Shown in pieces: positions 49,073 to 58,541 of a stretch of 64,000 nucleotides of DNA. Made by a program: the position numbers and the translations under genes. A model generated the notes under the pieces. That model was not told the DNA's origin and did no database searches. It worked only from the letters and a program-made list of their open reading frames with translations. The DNA comes from Candidatus Dojkabacteria bacterium (lineage in GTDB: Bacteria; Patescibacteriota; Dojkabacteria; GCA-002793355): positions 20,345-84,344 of the forward strand of contig CP129470.1 in the NCBI GenBank assembly GCA_030583685.1, in the 5' to 3' direction. Within the stretch, counting starts at the first letter, position 1; every line of letters begins with the position of its first letter.

Positions 49073-52000
49073 ATGAAAATCCCAAGACTAGGAAAAATAT
49101 TCACAAATACCACCGCAATTATGATTGCGCTCTGGTTGTATGTTGTCTCGCCATTATCAACAATATATTTCCTTGGAGGAATTCCAAGGGTCAGTGCAAA
49201 TAATGGAAACAATGTCGCAATATGTCATGTCAACGACAAGATTGTGGAAGCAAGCAAAAATTCTGCAAATGGAACAACAAAGATACTTGTCCCTGAAAAC
49301 ATCGTTGCACTTGGGCTGGACCAGATGACTCTATGGTGCAAAGCTGGAGCTCCTACAGAGTGGCCACCTGTAACTCCCTCGCCCACGTCCACACCCACAC
49401 CTTCACCTACTGTTACAGATACACCCACACCTTCCCCAACTAGTGAGGAACCGGTCATTACCTCCCTCGATGCTCCCACTAACCTTCGCTTCTCCTCACC
49501 AACCCTTGCGTGTGGTGCAATTACCAATGCTACGCCAGTCACAGTTGAGTGGAATGCAGTTGAAAACGCAGTTTCTTATGACTATGAAATTGACTATCCA
49601 TTACCTGCAGGCGGTCGATCCCCATGGTCTACGGTTAAATATATGACCTCACATTCTGGCCCAATCAATGAAGGAACCTCTTATATCAGAGTTCGCGCAG
49701 TCGCAGCAAACGGAGTAAAATCCGACTGGAGTGAACCATGTGCAATCACAAGTGACATCACAGCACCAGCAAAACCAACCGGGTTACAATGGCTTAACCT
49801 TTATCGTTCGCAGACCTATGCCTGCGGAGCAACAGCACCAAGAGCTCCATACATTCCGGACTGGAATGATATTTCTGATGACCCAACATTTTCTCACTAT
49901 GAATATACTTCTTTTTGGCCAAACGGAGACAAAGGACTCATTGAGATGTCACTCACTACCTCAGAATTTGACAACGATTGGCCACCACCATACGACGGAT
50001 TTTATGGGTTTGCAGTTCGCTCTGTAGATTTCGCAGGCAATAAATCAGCATGGGCACTTTCAGATGACACCCTTACTGGCAGCTGCAAAATCGAACTGCT
50101 TGCAGATGAAGAAGCACCAGAGTTACACCTTCCCGAAGATTTTACTGAAGAAGCTCAACAACAATTTGGCGCAGTCGTATCCTATATTGCGTCAGCAACG
50201 GATGATGTCACATCACCTATCGAAGTTTCATGTACACCAGCGTCTGGAACTCTTTTCCCCATGGGACCGACGACGGTAAATTGTTCTGCAACTGATGATT
50301 CAGGGAAAACAACCACGGGGAGTTTTACCGTAACCGTAGAAGATACTATTGCACCACAAAAGCCAACTGGTCTTCACCGAGATAACCAAGCACGAACAAA
50401 ATCGTATGTATGTGGCGATGTGGTTACGCTACAAACTCTCATACCCGATTGGGACGATATCACTGATGACCCAACATTTTCGCACTTTGAATATACCTCT
50501 TTCAACCCGGGCGGACAAGTTGGAATTAACGAGCAGGTAGTTTTCGTTTCCGAATACCTCCATACCTGGATACCAACAGTTGAAGATACACACGGCTTTG
50601 CAGTTCGCTCCGTAGATTATTCGGGGAACAAATCAGAATGGGCACTAACTGCCAAAACACTTGAGGGTAGTTGTCAAATCACCTATGATTCGACGGCACC
50701 AGCTGTTGAAATCACCCATCCTACTGATATCTATTTAAGCGGAGAAGTACCCATCAGAGGAACCGTACAAGATGATAATCTTCTTCGCTACTGGACTGTC
50801 GTTCATAAAAAAGGAACGACATCGCCAACAATTGCTGGTCTAGGAACGGTCAACACTACCGTTACCTTTACAGATAAACTCCTTTTCACCTGGGATACAA
50901 CTGAAACACCAGATGGAGAATATACCATCAAGCTTGAGGCAAGAGATCAAGCAGACAACAAAAACAGCAGTTCTGTTCACTGGAAAGATGTCATTGTCGA
51001 TAATACGGCACCAACCGTCGATCTTGTGTTTCCAGTTATCGGAACCACGGCAACCTATTTTCAAGCAGTTTTTAGTGAAAATGTTCGACAAGAAGATGCT
51101 GAAAACCCTGAAAATTACTTTTTAAACAATTGGCCAGGAGCAGGTGGATCTGGAAACCTTCTTGGTGATGCAACAATTGAGTACGACGAAACCACGTTTA
51201 CCGCAACAATTACTTTTACCAATCCTGGGTGGTATGTTTCGCCAGAACAACAATGGGGTGTATCAAATGTTCGTGATCTTGCAGGCAACCCTCTTTCAGT
51301 TTCACCCTACATAGAATATTCAACACCGATGATTGCACCAGTGACAACTAACGACTCACCATCAGGCTGGCAGAATTCAGACATTACCGTAACCCTAACC
51401 TGTGATGACGGAACACTTCTCGTCGATGCAAGTGGCTGTAAAACTACCTATTATCGTGTCAATGGTGGCTCTTGGCAAACAGGGAACACTGTTGTTCTCA
51501 CAGAGGAAGGAGAACACACACTAGAATATTATTCCACGGATAATGCAGGAAACAGTGAAACAGAAAAGACTGCGACCAATGTCATTAAAATCGACAAGAC
51601 CTTACCCTTCGTCTTTGTCCCGGAAAATCAAACCTTTGACGAGGACGAAACAGGAACATACTTTTACACATTCGAGCCCACTGCTTCGGAAAATGAATTT
51701 GAAACACTCGCGGAACTAACTGACACACTCCCAGTGAATTGTAATTATGACCCGACCGGATACGCGTACCCAGCAGGAGTAACCACAGTGACCTGTTCAG
51801 CAACTGACCGAGCAGGTAATGTGAAATCAGAAAGCTTTACGATCACCGTCAATAATCTTGTTCCTAGTGTCACCATTGCGGCTGAACTTCTAGGGTCAGG
51901 AGCATATACGTTTACTGCCGCAGTTCTTGGTGGAAACACACCATACACATACGCTTGGAGTGGCAGTTGCTCAGGGACAACCGCACAGACGACAACCGCA

Positions 52001-52627
52001 ACAACCCCAGGGACATACAACTGTTCTCTCCTCGTCACTGATGCTGATGGTGATACAGACACCGAAAGTATCTCTCGAACGATTCCTGCACCAGTAATTG
52101 CAACAGCAATCATTCCTGCAGTGCAAGGAGTAACAACCGAGGACGAGGAAGATGAAGAGACAGAGGAGACCGAAGAAGAACAAGGAGAAGTACTTGGTGA
52201 AAGAATTTGTAGTGATAAAACGGCATTTACCGCGATATTTTATGTCGATAAGAACAATAATGGGCAATTCGATGAAGGAGAGGCGTATGAGGGAACAGTC
52301 GAGGGTTCAATCACCTATGAGGTTGATGGAATCACCTATACGGCAGACACCTTCAAAGCCGAATTTAACGGACTCTTTGTTGGATCAGTTTGTCCTGGCG
52401 ACTATACAATAAAGGTTACACCAACGTCACTTCCGAATACTGTTGACGTTGCGGGTGTCTATACGATAACCGTTTCGGAAACTGGGCCAAATAATGTTTT
52501 CTTTGCACTTCTCCAGAAAGAAGCAACCCAAAAATCACTCTGGTGGTTGTGGTGGCTGATCGCTACAATCGTTGCCTTTATGGTGTTCATTGGATTGCGT
52601 TACAGAAAGAACCAGTACAGTTCTTAA
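49073..52627 (+). CDS. Giant (1184 aa) cell-surface adhesin-like protein: signal/anchor, one ICH module, PT-rich linker, two copies of a roughly 190-aa repeat, two HYR-like Ig-fold domains, further Ig/FN3-like beta domains, acidic EDEEDEETEETEEEQ stretch, SdrD-B-like domain, C-terminal W-rich TM anchor
   Basis: Repeat pair P(A/Q)KPTGL...IPDW(N/D)DI(S/T)DDPTFSH(Y/F)EYTSF...GFAVRSVD(F/Y)(A/S)GNKS(A/E)WAL. HYR-like signatures ...CSATDDSGKTTTGSFTVTV and ...VTCSATDRAGNVKSESFTITV. C-terminal architecture shared with the upstream paralog. Confidence 0.6.
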   Translation: MKIPRLGKIFTNTTAIMIALWLYVVSPLSTIYFLGGIPRVSANNGNNVAICHVNDKIVEASKNSANGTTKILVPENIVALGLDQMTLWCKAGAPTEWPPVTPSPTSTPTPSPTVTDTPTPSPTSEEPVITSLDAPTNLRFSSPTLACGAITNATPVTVEWNAVENAVSYDYEIDYPLPAGGRSPWSTVKYMTSHSGPINEGTSYIRVRAVAANGVKSDWSEPCAITSDITAPAKPTGLQWLNLYRSQTYACGATAPRAPYIPDWNDISDDPTFSHYEYTSFWPNGDKGLIEMSLTTSEFDNDWPPPYDGFYGFAVRSVDFAGNKSAWALSDDTLTGSCKIELLADEEAPELHLPEDFTEEAQQQFGAVVSYIASATDDVTSPIEVSCTPASGTLFPMGPTTVNCSATDDSGKTTTGSFTVTVEDTIAPQKPTGLHRDNQARTKSYVCGDVVTLQTLIPDWDDITDDPTFSHFEYTSFNPGGQVGINEQVVFVSEYLHTWIPTVEDTHGFAVRSVDYSGNKSEWALTAKTLEGSCQITYDSTAPAVEITHPTDIYLSGEVPIRGTVQDDNLLRYWTVVHKKGTTSPTIAGLGTVNTTVTFTDKLLFTWDTTETPDGEYTIKLEARDQADNKNSSSVHWKDVIVDNTAPTVDLVFPVIGTTATYFQAVFSENVRQEDAENPENYFLNNWPGAGGSGNLLGDATIEYDETTFTATITFTNPGWYVSPEQQWGVSNVRDLAGNPLSVSPYIEYSTPMIAPVTTNDSPSGWQNSDITVTLTCDDGTLLVDASGCKTTYYRVNGGSWQTGNTVVLTEEGEHTLEYYSTDNAGNSETEKTATNVIKIDKTLPFVFVPENQTFDEDETGTYFYTFEPTASENEFETLAELTDTLPVNCNYDPTGYAYPAGVTTVTCSATDRAGNVKSESFTITVNNLVPSVTIAAELLGSGAYTFTAAVLGGNTPYTYAWSGSCSGTTAQTTTATTPGTYNCSLLVTDADGDTDTESISRTIPAPVIATAIIPAVQGVTTEDEEDEETEETEEEQGEVLGERICSDKTAFTAIFYVDKNNNGQFDEGEAYEGTVEGSITYEVDGITYTADTFKAEFNGLFVGSVCPGDYTIKVTPTSLPNTVDVAGVYTITVSETGPNNVFFALLQKEATQKSLWWLWWLIATIVAFMVFIGLRYRKNQYSS

Positions 52628-52649
52628 ACACAACGTTGTTGAGTACTTT

Positions 52650-53339
52650 CTATACTGACGTAAATATCAGCCTTTTAACGGCGTGAACGGCACTTTCAAA
52701 CCCACTTTTTCCATATTCAACAGGATTACTGGGATTCTTCACCAAATAATGAGCAACCTGAGGCGACTGCTCAATTTTCTCACGAGATTCAATCAAACGA
52801 GTCGTTGGGTTATTTCGTGATCCATGAGTGATTCGTTTTTCCATATCTTCTAAAGAGTCTGGAACAATGAATATAATCATGACATCGTAGAGTTCAGAAA
52901 GCGTTTTTTCCAAAAAAAGTGCACCTTTATTCTCTGAACAATATAAAGGAATTTTTTTAGAGGTAATCGCGTTTTTAAGCGAATCAAGCGGAGTTCCATA
53001 CATATTGCCGTAATGATAGTTGTATTCAAACAAGTCATACTGCCTAATCAGGCTACGTAAATACGGCTTCTCTGGCTCGTTTTCATAGCGGGAACGCATC
53101 CAAATATACTCTCGGGGATTTTCATTTTCGCGCATTTGACGATTTGTAGCAGTTCGAATATGATGAAACTTTCCCGTATGCAGCAATCTTTCTTTAATAG
53201 CATCTTTTCCTGCACCTGAAGGCCCAATTAAGGCAACAAACAAAGGTTTCTTGGAGTTACGTACAAATCGTCTCCCCGAATAAATGAGGGGAATTTCGGT
53301 TTCTCTCTCTGTTGTAAAGATTTGGGACAGCAAATCCAT
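52650..53339 (-). CDS. P-loop nucleoside/nucleotide kinase, guanylate-kinase-like
   Basis: Walker A ALIGPSGAGKD (cf. the gmk GPSGVGK) and RTATNRQMRENE..P.EY (cf. TTRxPRxGE..G.DY); otherwise divergent. Confidence 0.4.
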   Translation of the reverse strand: MDLLSQIFTTERETEIPLIYSGRRFVRNSKKPLFVALIGPSGAGKDAIKERLLHTGKFHHIRTATNRQMRENENPREYIWMRSRYENEPEKPYLRSLIRQYDLFEYNYHYGNMYGTPLDSLKNAITSKKIPLYCSENKGALFLEKTLSELYDVMIIFIVPDSLEDMEKRITHGSRNNPTTRLIESREKIEQSPQVAHYLVKNPSNPVEYGKSGFESAVHAVKRLIFTSV

Positions 53340-53374
53340 GTGTCAGTATAGCAAAGAATATTTGGAATAGCCAC

Positions 53375-55249
53375 TTATGCGTTATCGTTCAGGTTTCGTT
53401 CCTTTCGTTTTTGTATATCTCTGGCAGTTTTCGTGAGATGAATTTTTCGAAGTCGTAAGTTGAGAGGAGTGATCTCCAACATTTCATCTTTTGCAAGAAA
53501 TGCAAGAGCAAATTCAATGCTGAGTTGCACCGGTGGTTTCAGTTTAATGCCTGCATCTGCAGTCGCTGAGCGAATATTCGTTGCGTGTTTTGCACGAACG
53601 GCATTCACTTCGATATCCTCTTGGAATTTATTAATACCCACAATCATTCCTTCATACACTTTGTCGCCGGGTTGCACAAACAATTCGCCTCGTTCTTGTG
53701 ACATATTGAGTGCATAGCCAGTAGCATCACCCGTTTCCGTTGCAATAAGGACACCTTTTCTAAAAAGTTCTGCTTGTTTTGTATAAGGAACATATTCAGA
53801 TAAATAGTTTGCCATAATGACATTTCCTTTTGTCGAAGTCAGCAAGACTGTTCGAATACCTAATAAGTTTCGCGTCAGAATCTTATAAACAAATTTTGTT
53901 TGCCCATTTTCTGTTTCCATACTTACTAACTCACCTTTTCTTTTGCTCACAATTTGGGTGATTTCTCCTGCGTATTCTTCAGGAACATCAATATATAATT
54001 CCTCGACTGGTTCAGAAGTAACTCCGTCAATTTCTTGTAAAACGACTTCTGGCCTACGAACCTGAAATTCATAACCTTCACGTCTCAGTGTTTCAATCAA
54101 AATCGACAATTGTAATTCGCCACGTCCTGCAACAGAGCAGCGCCCTTCATCAAGTTTTTTAATGGTTAACCCAACGTTCGTTTCTTTTTCGTAATCCAAG
54201 CGTTGCTGTAACAATTTCATTGTCACAAATTTTCCTTCTTTACCAGCATAGGGAGAGGTATTTGCTTCAAAGGTAATCTGAACCGACGGGTTAGAAATTT
54301 TTATTGCGGGGAGTATAACCTCTTTTTCAGGTGAACAAATGGTACCACCAATTGCGCTTACATCAATTCCCGAAATGGAAATGATTTCGCCTACCCCTGC
54401 TGATTCGACATCAGTAAAAACGAGACCCTCACGAACTTGCAATCGATCGATTCTACCCTTGTGTTTTTCAACTTCTCCTTTTGAGTTTTCCTGTAAGAGG
54501 ATAATTGGATCTCCCTTCTTTGCGATGCCATTTTGTATTCTTCCAATAAGTGAACGTCCCACATGTGAGTCATAATCCATCGACGCAACCTGCATAAGCA
54601 AAGGCTCCGCAATATCACCTTTTGGTTCAGGAATATGCTCTACAATAGTTTCCAAAATTGGCGTAATATCACCAGGAAGAACAGCCCACGACGTTGGATT
54701 TCCATCCGGAATACTCTTCCATACTTTTCCTTCACGACCAATGGCATAGAGAGTAGGGAATTCAAGATCTTCGTCTCTTTTTGCGAGCATTAAAAATAAA
54801 TCAGTTGCCTTGTCGAGTGCGTGTGCAGGATCTGCATGCGATTTATCAATTTTATTAATGATTAAGATAGGCTTCAACTGCAGCTCGAGAGCTCGCTTCA
54901 GAACAAAACGAGTCTGAGGCATTGGGCCTTCCTGAGCATCAATGAGGAGAATGACACCGTCAGCCATGGTTAACGTTCTTTCAACCTCACCTCCAAAATC
55001 TGCGTGCCCAGGAGTATCAATTATATTGATTTTGTATTCTTTAAAACGAATCGAAATATTTTTTGCCTGAATGGTAATTCCTTTTTCTCGTTCAAGTTCG
55101 TTAAAATCGAGAATAAAATTCTCGTTCATTTCTTTTTGATTGTCTCGAAACAGGTGTGACTGCTTCATAAGCGCATCGACTAGGGAAGTCTTTCCGTGGT
55201 CAACGTGGGCAATGATTGCAACGTTCCGAATTAACGATTTATCCGTCAT
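53375..55249 (-). CDS. typA: Translational GTPase TypA/BipA (start at the MTDKSLIRN Met)
   Basis: IRNVAIIAHVDHGKTSLVDALM G1 motif matches the BipA signature; DTPGHADF G3, NKID G4; EF-G-like domains III/V and C-terminal BipA-specific domain; about 625 aa. Confidence 0.85.
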   Translation of the reverse strand: MTDKSLIRNVAIIAHVDHGKTSLVDALMKQSHLFRDNQKEMNENFILDFNELEREKGITIQAKNISIRFKEYKINIIDTPGHADFGGEVERTLTMADGVILLIDAQEGPMPQTRFVLKRALELQLKPILIINKIDKSHADPAHALDKATDLFLMLAKRDEDLEFPTLYAIGREGKVWKSIPDGNPTSWAVLPGDITPILETIVEHIPEPKGDIAEPLLMQVASMDYDSHVGRSLIGRIQNGIAKKGDPIILLQENSKGEVEKHKGRIDRLQVREGLVFTDVESAGVGEIISISGIDVSAIGGTICSPEKEVILPAIKISNPSVQITFEANTSPYAGKEGKFVTMKLLQQRLDYEKETNVGLTIKKLDEGRCSVAGRGELQLSILIETLRREGYEFQVRRPEVVLQEIDGVTSEPVEELYIDVPEEYAGEITQIVSKRKGELVSMETENGQTKFVYKILTRNLLGIRTVLLTSTKGNVIMANYLSEYVPYTKQAELFRKGVLIATETGDATGYALNMSQERGELFVQPGDKVYEGMIVGINKFQEDIEVNAVRAKHATNIRSATADAGIKLKPPVQLSIEFALAFLAKDEMLEITPLNLRLRKIHLTKTARDIQKRKERNLNDNA

Positions 55250-55357
55250 AACTTGCGAATTATACCACAAAAATTGTCGTTATCCAAACATTCGTCCTGC
55301 AGTAGCGGTTGCACATAATAATATTGACATTAGTTTCAAAAACATCTAGAGTAGTGT

Positions 55358-56467
55358 ATGAGAGAACTCCGTTTAAAAGGACAAGCATTGGCACTCGTGC
55401 TGATTGTTATTGTCGTTGCCATCGTTGTTGCGTTTGCGATTACAAACCGTGTTGTTGAAGATATTCGTCAGCAAGGAGAGGAACGTGCATCAACAAGAGC
55501 AGAAACTATTGCTGAAGGTGCAATTGAGCAGCTCACCATGCAAATTCAAAGTCAAATGGAGAACGTCATGCCCGCCACGGGCGAGCAGTTCAAAATTTTC
55601 GCCATTAGCAATGAGGCACCAGACGGCAGCGCTTACGAAACGCTTGACCTATGCAAACCTGACTCAGAAGCAGATGTGAGTGAACAATGTGATAAAAATA
55701 GTCTTGCCCAAATCAATTACTACAAACAGATTATTCAGTTTAAACTCTTTTCAAATGAGAGTATTGAGGCATTTATGGAAAACACAAACGAATCAACAGG
55801 GTCTCTCAACCCTATTATCATTCACCTAAAAAATAATGATTCTTTTCAGAAAACTGGTTCACATCTCTTAGTAAAAGGATTTGTTCGAAAGGTTCCGGTG
55901 TCAGGTAGAGAAGGTGGAGGTTCAAATAGTGCACCAATTTTACAGGTTGTCGGAGACTGCATTATTCAGCTCAATGCTGGAGATACTGCCTCTGCTGCTT
56001 GCCTCCCGAATACGACATTAGAATTGAATCGCGTTACTTGCCCGACAGATGTCCCTGTAATCCCCAATCCAGCAGAACCAGCTTCACAAGTAAAAACATC
56101 CCTTGCTGGAGAAGATGGAATTTGTTTCAAAGTTAGTCCAAAAACTCCCGTTTCGACGTACCGAATCAAACCCATGCTTGCAGCTCGTGCACAAGATACG
56201 GAAGTACCTTATGTTGATGTGAGCGTTACCGGAGCGTCAGCAGAATCTTCATATTTACTTCCTGTCAATCAAATGGCAATGATTACGGCAGGAGTATTTG
56301 CAGGTGCAACAGGAAGTGATCAACAGGTTTACCAACAATCAACACGATTACTCCTGATAAACAAAACTGTACCTGAAATTGCTGATTACGTTTTGTACAA
56401 CGGTTCAGACAAACCTATTACAAAATGTAAGACCAGCACAGCAGATGCAACGTGTGGGAACGATTAG
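55358..56467 (+). CDS. N-terminally anchored extracytoplasmic protein of unknown function
   Basis: Single N-terminal TM (ALALVLIVIVVAIVVAFAI); Cys-containing, Thr/Ser-rich body; no enzymatic motif. Confidence 0.3.
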   Translation: MRELRLKGQALALVLIVIVVAIVVAFAITNRVVEDIRQQGEERASTRAETIAEGAIEQLTMQIQSQMENVMPATGEQFKIFAISNEAPDGSAYETLDLCKPDSEADVSEQCDKNSLAQINYYKQIIQFKLFSNESIEAFMENTNESTGSLNPIIIHLKNNDSFQKTGSHLLVKGFVRKVPVSGREGGGSNSAPILQVVGDCIIQLNAGDTASAACLPNTTLELNRVTCPTDVPVIPNPAEPASQVKTSLAGEDGICFKVSPKTPVSTYRIKPMLAARAQDTEVPYVDVSVTGASAESSYLLPVNQMAMITAGVFAGATGSDQQVYQQSTRLLLINKTVPEIADYVLYNGSDKPITKCKTSTADATCGND

Positions 56468-56468
56468 T

Positions 56469-56933
56469 ATGGATCTCAAGCAGATTATTTTTGATTATTT
56501 GGGTACCCAACGTCTCATGTCTGTAGCAACATTTGCTAACGATGTACCTTGGATTGCAAATGTCTATTTTGTTCATGACAATGATCTTAATCTGTATTTT
56601 CTCAGTAAGAAAGCTCGTGAGCATTGCGTGGCACTTGAAACAAACAACAAGGTGGCAGTTGCAATTGCCGATTCACACCAACCTTTAAGACCTCCACAAT
56701 TAGGCATTCAACTTCACGGAACAGCACAGCGAGTCAATGTTCTCAATCAGGTAAAATGGATGTTTGCCATGTGGAACAAACTTATAGCTCCCAATGCTGA
56801 TGAGTTTCTTGAAGATCCAAAACAGTTTCTGCAAGCTGGAAGTTCTTCAATTTACAAAATAACGCCAAAGCGAATCAAGTTCTTTAATACGGGCTTGTGG
56901 CCGGAAGAGCAGTGTCAGGTGTTGGAGTTGTAA
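56469..56933 (+). CDS. Pyridoxamine-5'-phosphate-oxidase-like FMN-binding split-barrel protein (general stress protein 26-like); start at the MDLKQ ATG
   Basis: MSVATFANDVPWIANVYFVHDNDLNLYFLS matches the PNPOx-like split-barrel N-terminal pattern; 154 aa. Confidence 0.6.
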   Translation: MDLKQIIFDYLGTQRLMSVATFANDVPWIANVYFVHDNDLNLYFLSKKAREHCVALETNNKVAVAIADSHQPLRPPQLGIQLHGTAQRVNVLNQVKWMFAMWNKLIAPNADEFLEDPKQFLQAGSSSIYKITPKRIKFFNTGLWPEEQCQVLEL

Positions 56934-56940
56934 AGACACG

Positions 56941-57918
56941 TTACTCGAAAGAAAGGACTTCTGGTAGATTTTCTTGTATCGATAAGACATGTTGATGATT
57001 CGTTACGTCAAGGTGTAAGTCATCCATCATATATGCAATATCATTTACAGCAATAAGAACATTCGTAATAAGTAATTTTTCTCGAACGAATCTCTCGTGC
57101 GGTATGAACTTATGATACAAAGAAATCACAAATTCACGATCACTGTTTTGAAGATATGAATATAAATACGCAAAATCATAGAATATTGAAGAGCAACGAA
57201 ACTCGTCAAGGTCAATGACCCCAGTAAATTTTCCATTTTCAACCATAATGTGTTTATCAGAGAGATCTCCATGACAGAATACTGACACATCTTGCTTCAA
57301 GTAGCGCTTATAGATTGAAAGTTTGTCTAGAATTTTTATAATATCATTTGAAGCATGCATCTGTGAACAAATCTTATGCATATGTAACTCAAAATTTGAT
57401 AATAAAAAATCATAATTAGTTGCATATGGAGCAACGGGCCCGAATTCCCCAAGTGACTTCTTATTGCCATGACCAAAACCCTTACACGTGTACTTCCAAA
57501 AAGCCTTCATCGTTTCGAAAAGTTCAGAAAGGATTTCTTCACGTTGTTTTCTTGTCATTTCACCGAGATAACTTCTGAAAGGACGACCCATAATCTCGGC
57601 AACAATCATCCAGTCCATTGGAAACAATGTGCTGCGTGAACCGTTTGTATAGACTTTCGGGATTTTTGCACCTAACTGTAGAAGTTCAGAGTGAATTGAT
57701 GACAATACTTCGAATGATTTTTCTCTTGAATTTGATGCTCGAAAATAGTAAACTTTCCCAGTGTCCAGAACAATTTTATACACAAGGGTCATATGACCTT
57801 GTTGCACTTCATGAATAGTAAATGTATTAGTAGGAAATACTTTAGCAATTATTCTGTGGATTACACCATCCACCTTAGCTCCTAATGTACTCTGAACTCG
57901 TAGATTTTTCATATCCAA
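56941..57918 (-). CDS. Protein-kinase-like phosphotransferase (APH/choline-kinase family), second copy in the window
   Basis: Catalytic loop VFCHGDLSDKHIMV (HGDxxxxN-like) and IDLDEF (DxD metal site); Lys-containing N-lobe. Confidence 0.6.
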   Translation of the reverse strand: MDMKNLRVQSTLGAKVDGVIHRIIAKVFPTNTFTIHEVQQGHMTLVYKIVLDTGKVYYFRASNSREKSFEVLSSIHSELLQLGAKIPKVYTNGSRSTLFPMDWMIVAEIMGRPFRSYLGEMTRKQREEILSELFETMKAFWKYTCKGFGHGNKKSLGEFGPVAPYATNYDFLLSNFELHMHKICSQMHASNDIIKILDKLSIYKRYLKQDVSVFCHGDLSDKHIMVENGKFTGVIDLDEFRCSSIFYDFAYLYSYLQNSDREFVISLYHKFIPHERFVREKLLITNVLIAVNDIAYMMDDLHLDVTNHQHVLSIQENLPEVLSFE

Positions 57919-58525
57919 CTATACTTTTTGCAAGTTCTTCAACAAGTGGCAACCTTGAATACTTACCGCCAAGATGATGTCCATCCACGACAGGAATAAC
58001 GGTACTATCAAGTAACTGAGCAAATTTCAATGATGAAGTACTTGGAACATAAGGGTCATTAGTAGAGTAGAGCACATAACTAAAAGGGATGCAGTCTCTG
58101 AGTGAATCTGCGTTAAACTCCGTTGAATAGAACGTGCTATTTGCGAGTCCAAATTGCCAAGAAGTACCGGGTAAAGCATCAAGAAAAGGCGCTAAGAATA
58201 TTGCTCCCTTGATCTTTATCGGGAATTTTTCCATGGCATGTAAGGTAAAAACTGGACCAAGTGAATGCGCGATAAAAATAGTTTGTTCGTCACAATAAGG
58301 TAAAACTTCCTTTTCATAGTGGTCTAACCAGCTAGTTAGTGATTGTTTACGATTTTGTAATTCTTTTGCATTGGCTTCACCTAATGCTGTAATTTCATCG
58401 AACGAGTCAATTGGAAATTGAGGACGAATGACTTCATGCCCAACTGCAGTTAATTCAGCATCAAATGTGTCATACCAATTAGTATTTTTGCTTGTGTATG
58501 TTCCATGAAAAATGACAAATTTCAT
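57875..58525 (-). CDS. RBBP9/YdeN-like serine hydrolase (alpha/beta fold)
   Basis: N-terminal FVIFHGTYTSK...W pattern, nucleophile motif IAHSLGP (GxSxG variant), C-terminal DGHH region; about 200 aa. Confidence 0.6.
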   Translation of the reverse strand: MKFVIFHGTYTSKNTNWYDTFDAELTAVGHEVIRPQFPIDSFDEITALGEANAKELQNRKQSLTSWLDHYEKEVLPYCDEQTIFIAHSLGPVFTLHAMEKFPIKIKGAIFLAPFLDALPGTSWQFGLANSTFYSTEFNADSLRDCIPFSYVLYSTNDPYVPSTSSLKFAQLLDSTVIPVVDGHHLGGKYSRLPLVEELAKSIVGYEKSTSSEYIRS

Positions 58526-58541
58526 AACTTATTGTACACCA

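Noticed and set aside
52650-53339. Considered phosphoribulokinase (which would pair with RuBisCO) for the P-loop kinase
   Set aside because: The Walker A and downstream motifs resemble guanylate kinase rather than PRK/uridine-kinase family signatures. No support for a Calvin cycle.
55358-55450. N-terminus KGQALALVLIVIVV looked prepilin-like
   Set aside because: It lacks the Glu at +5 after the Gly and is not in the pilus operon; treated as an ordinary signal-anchor.
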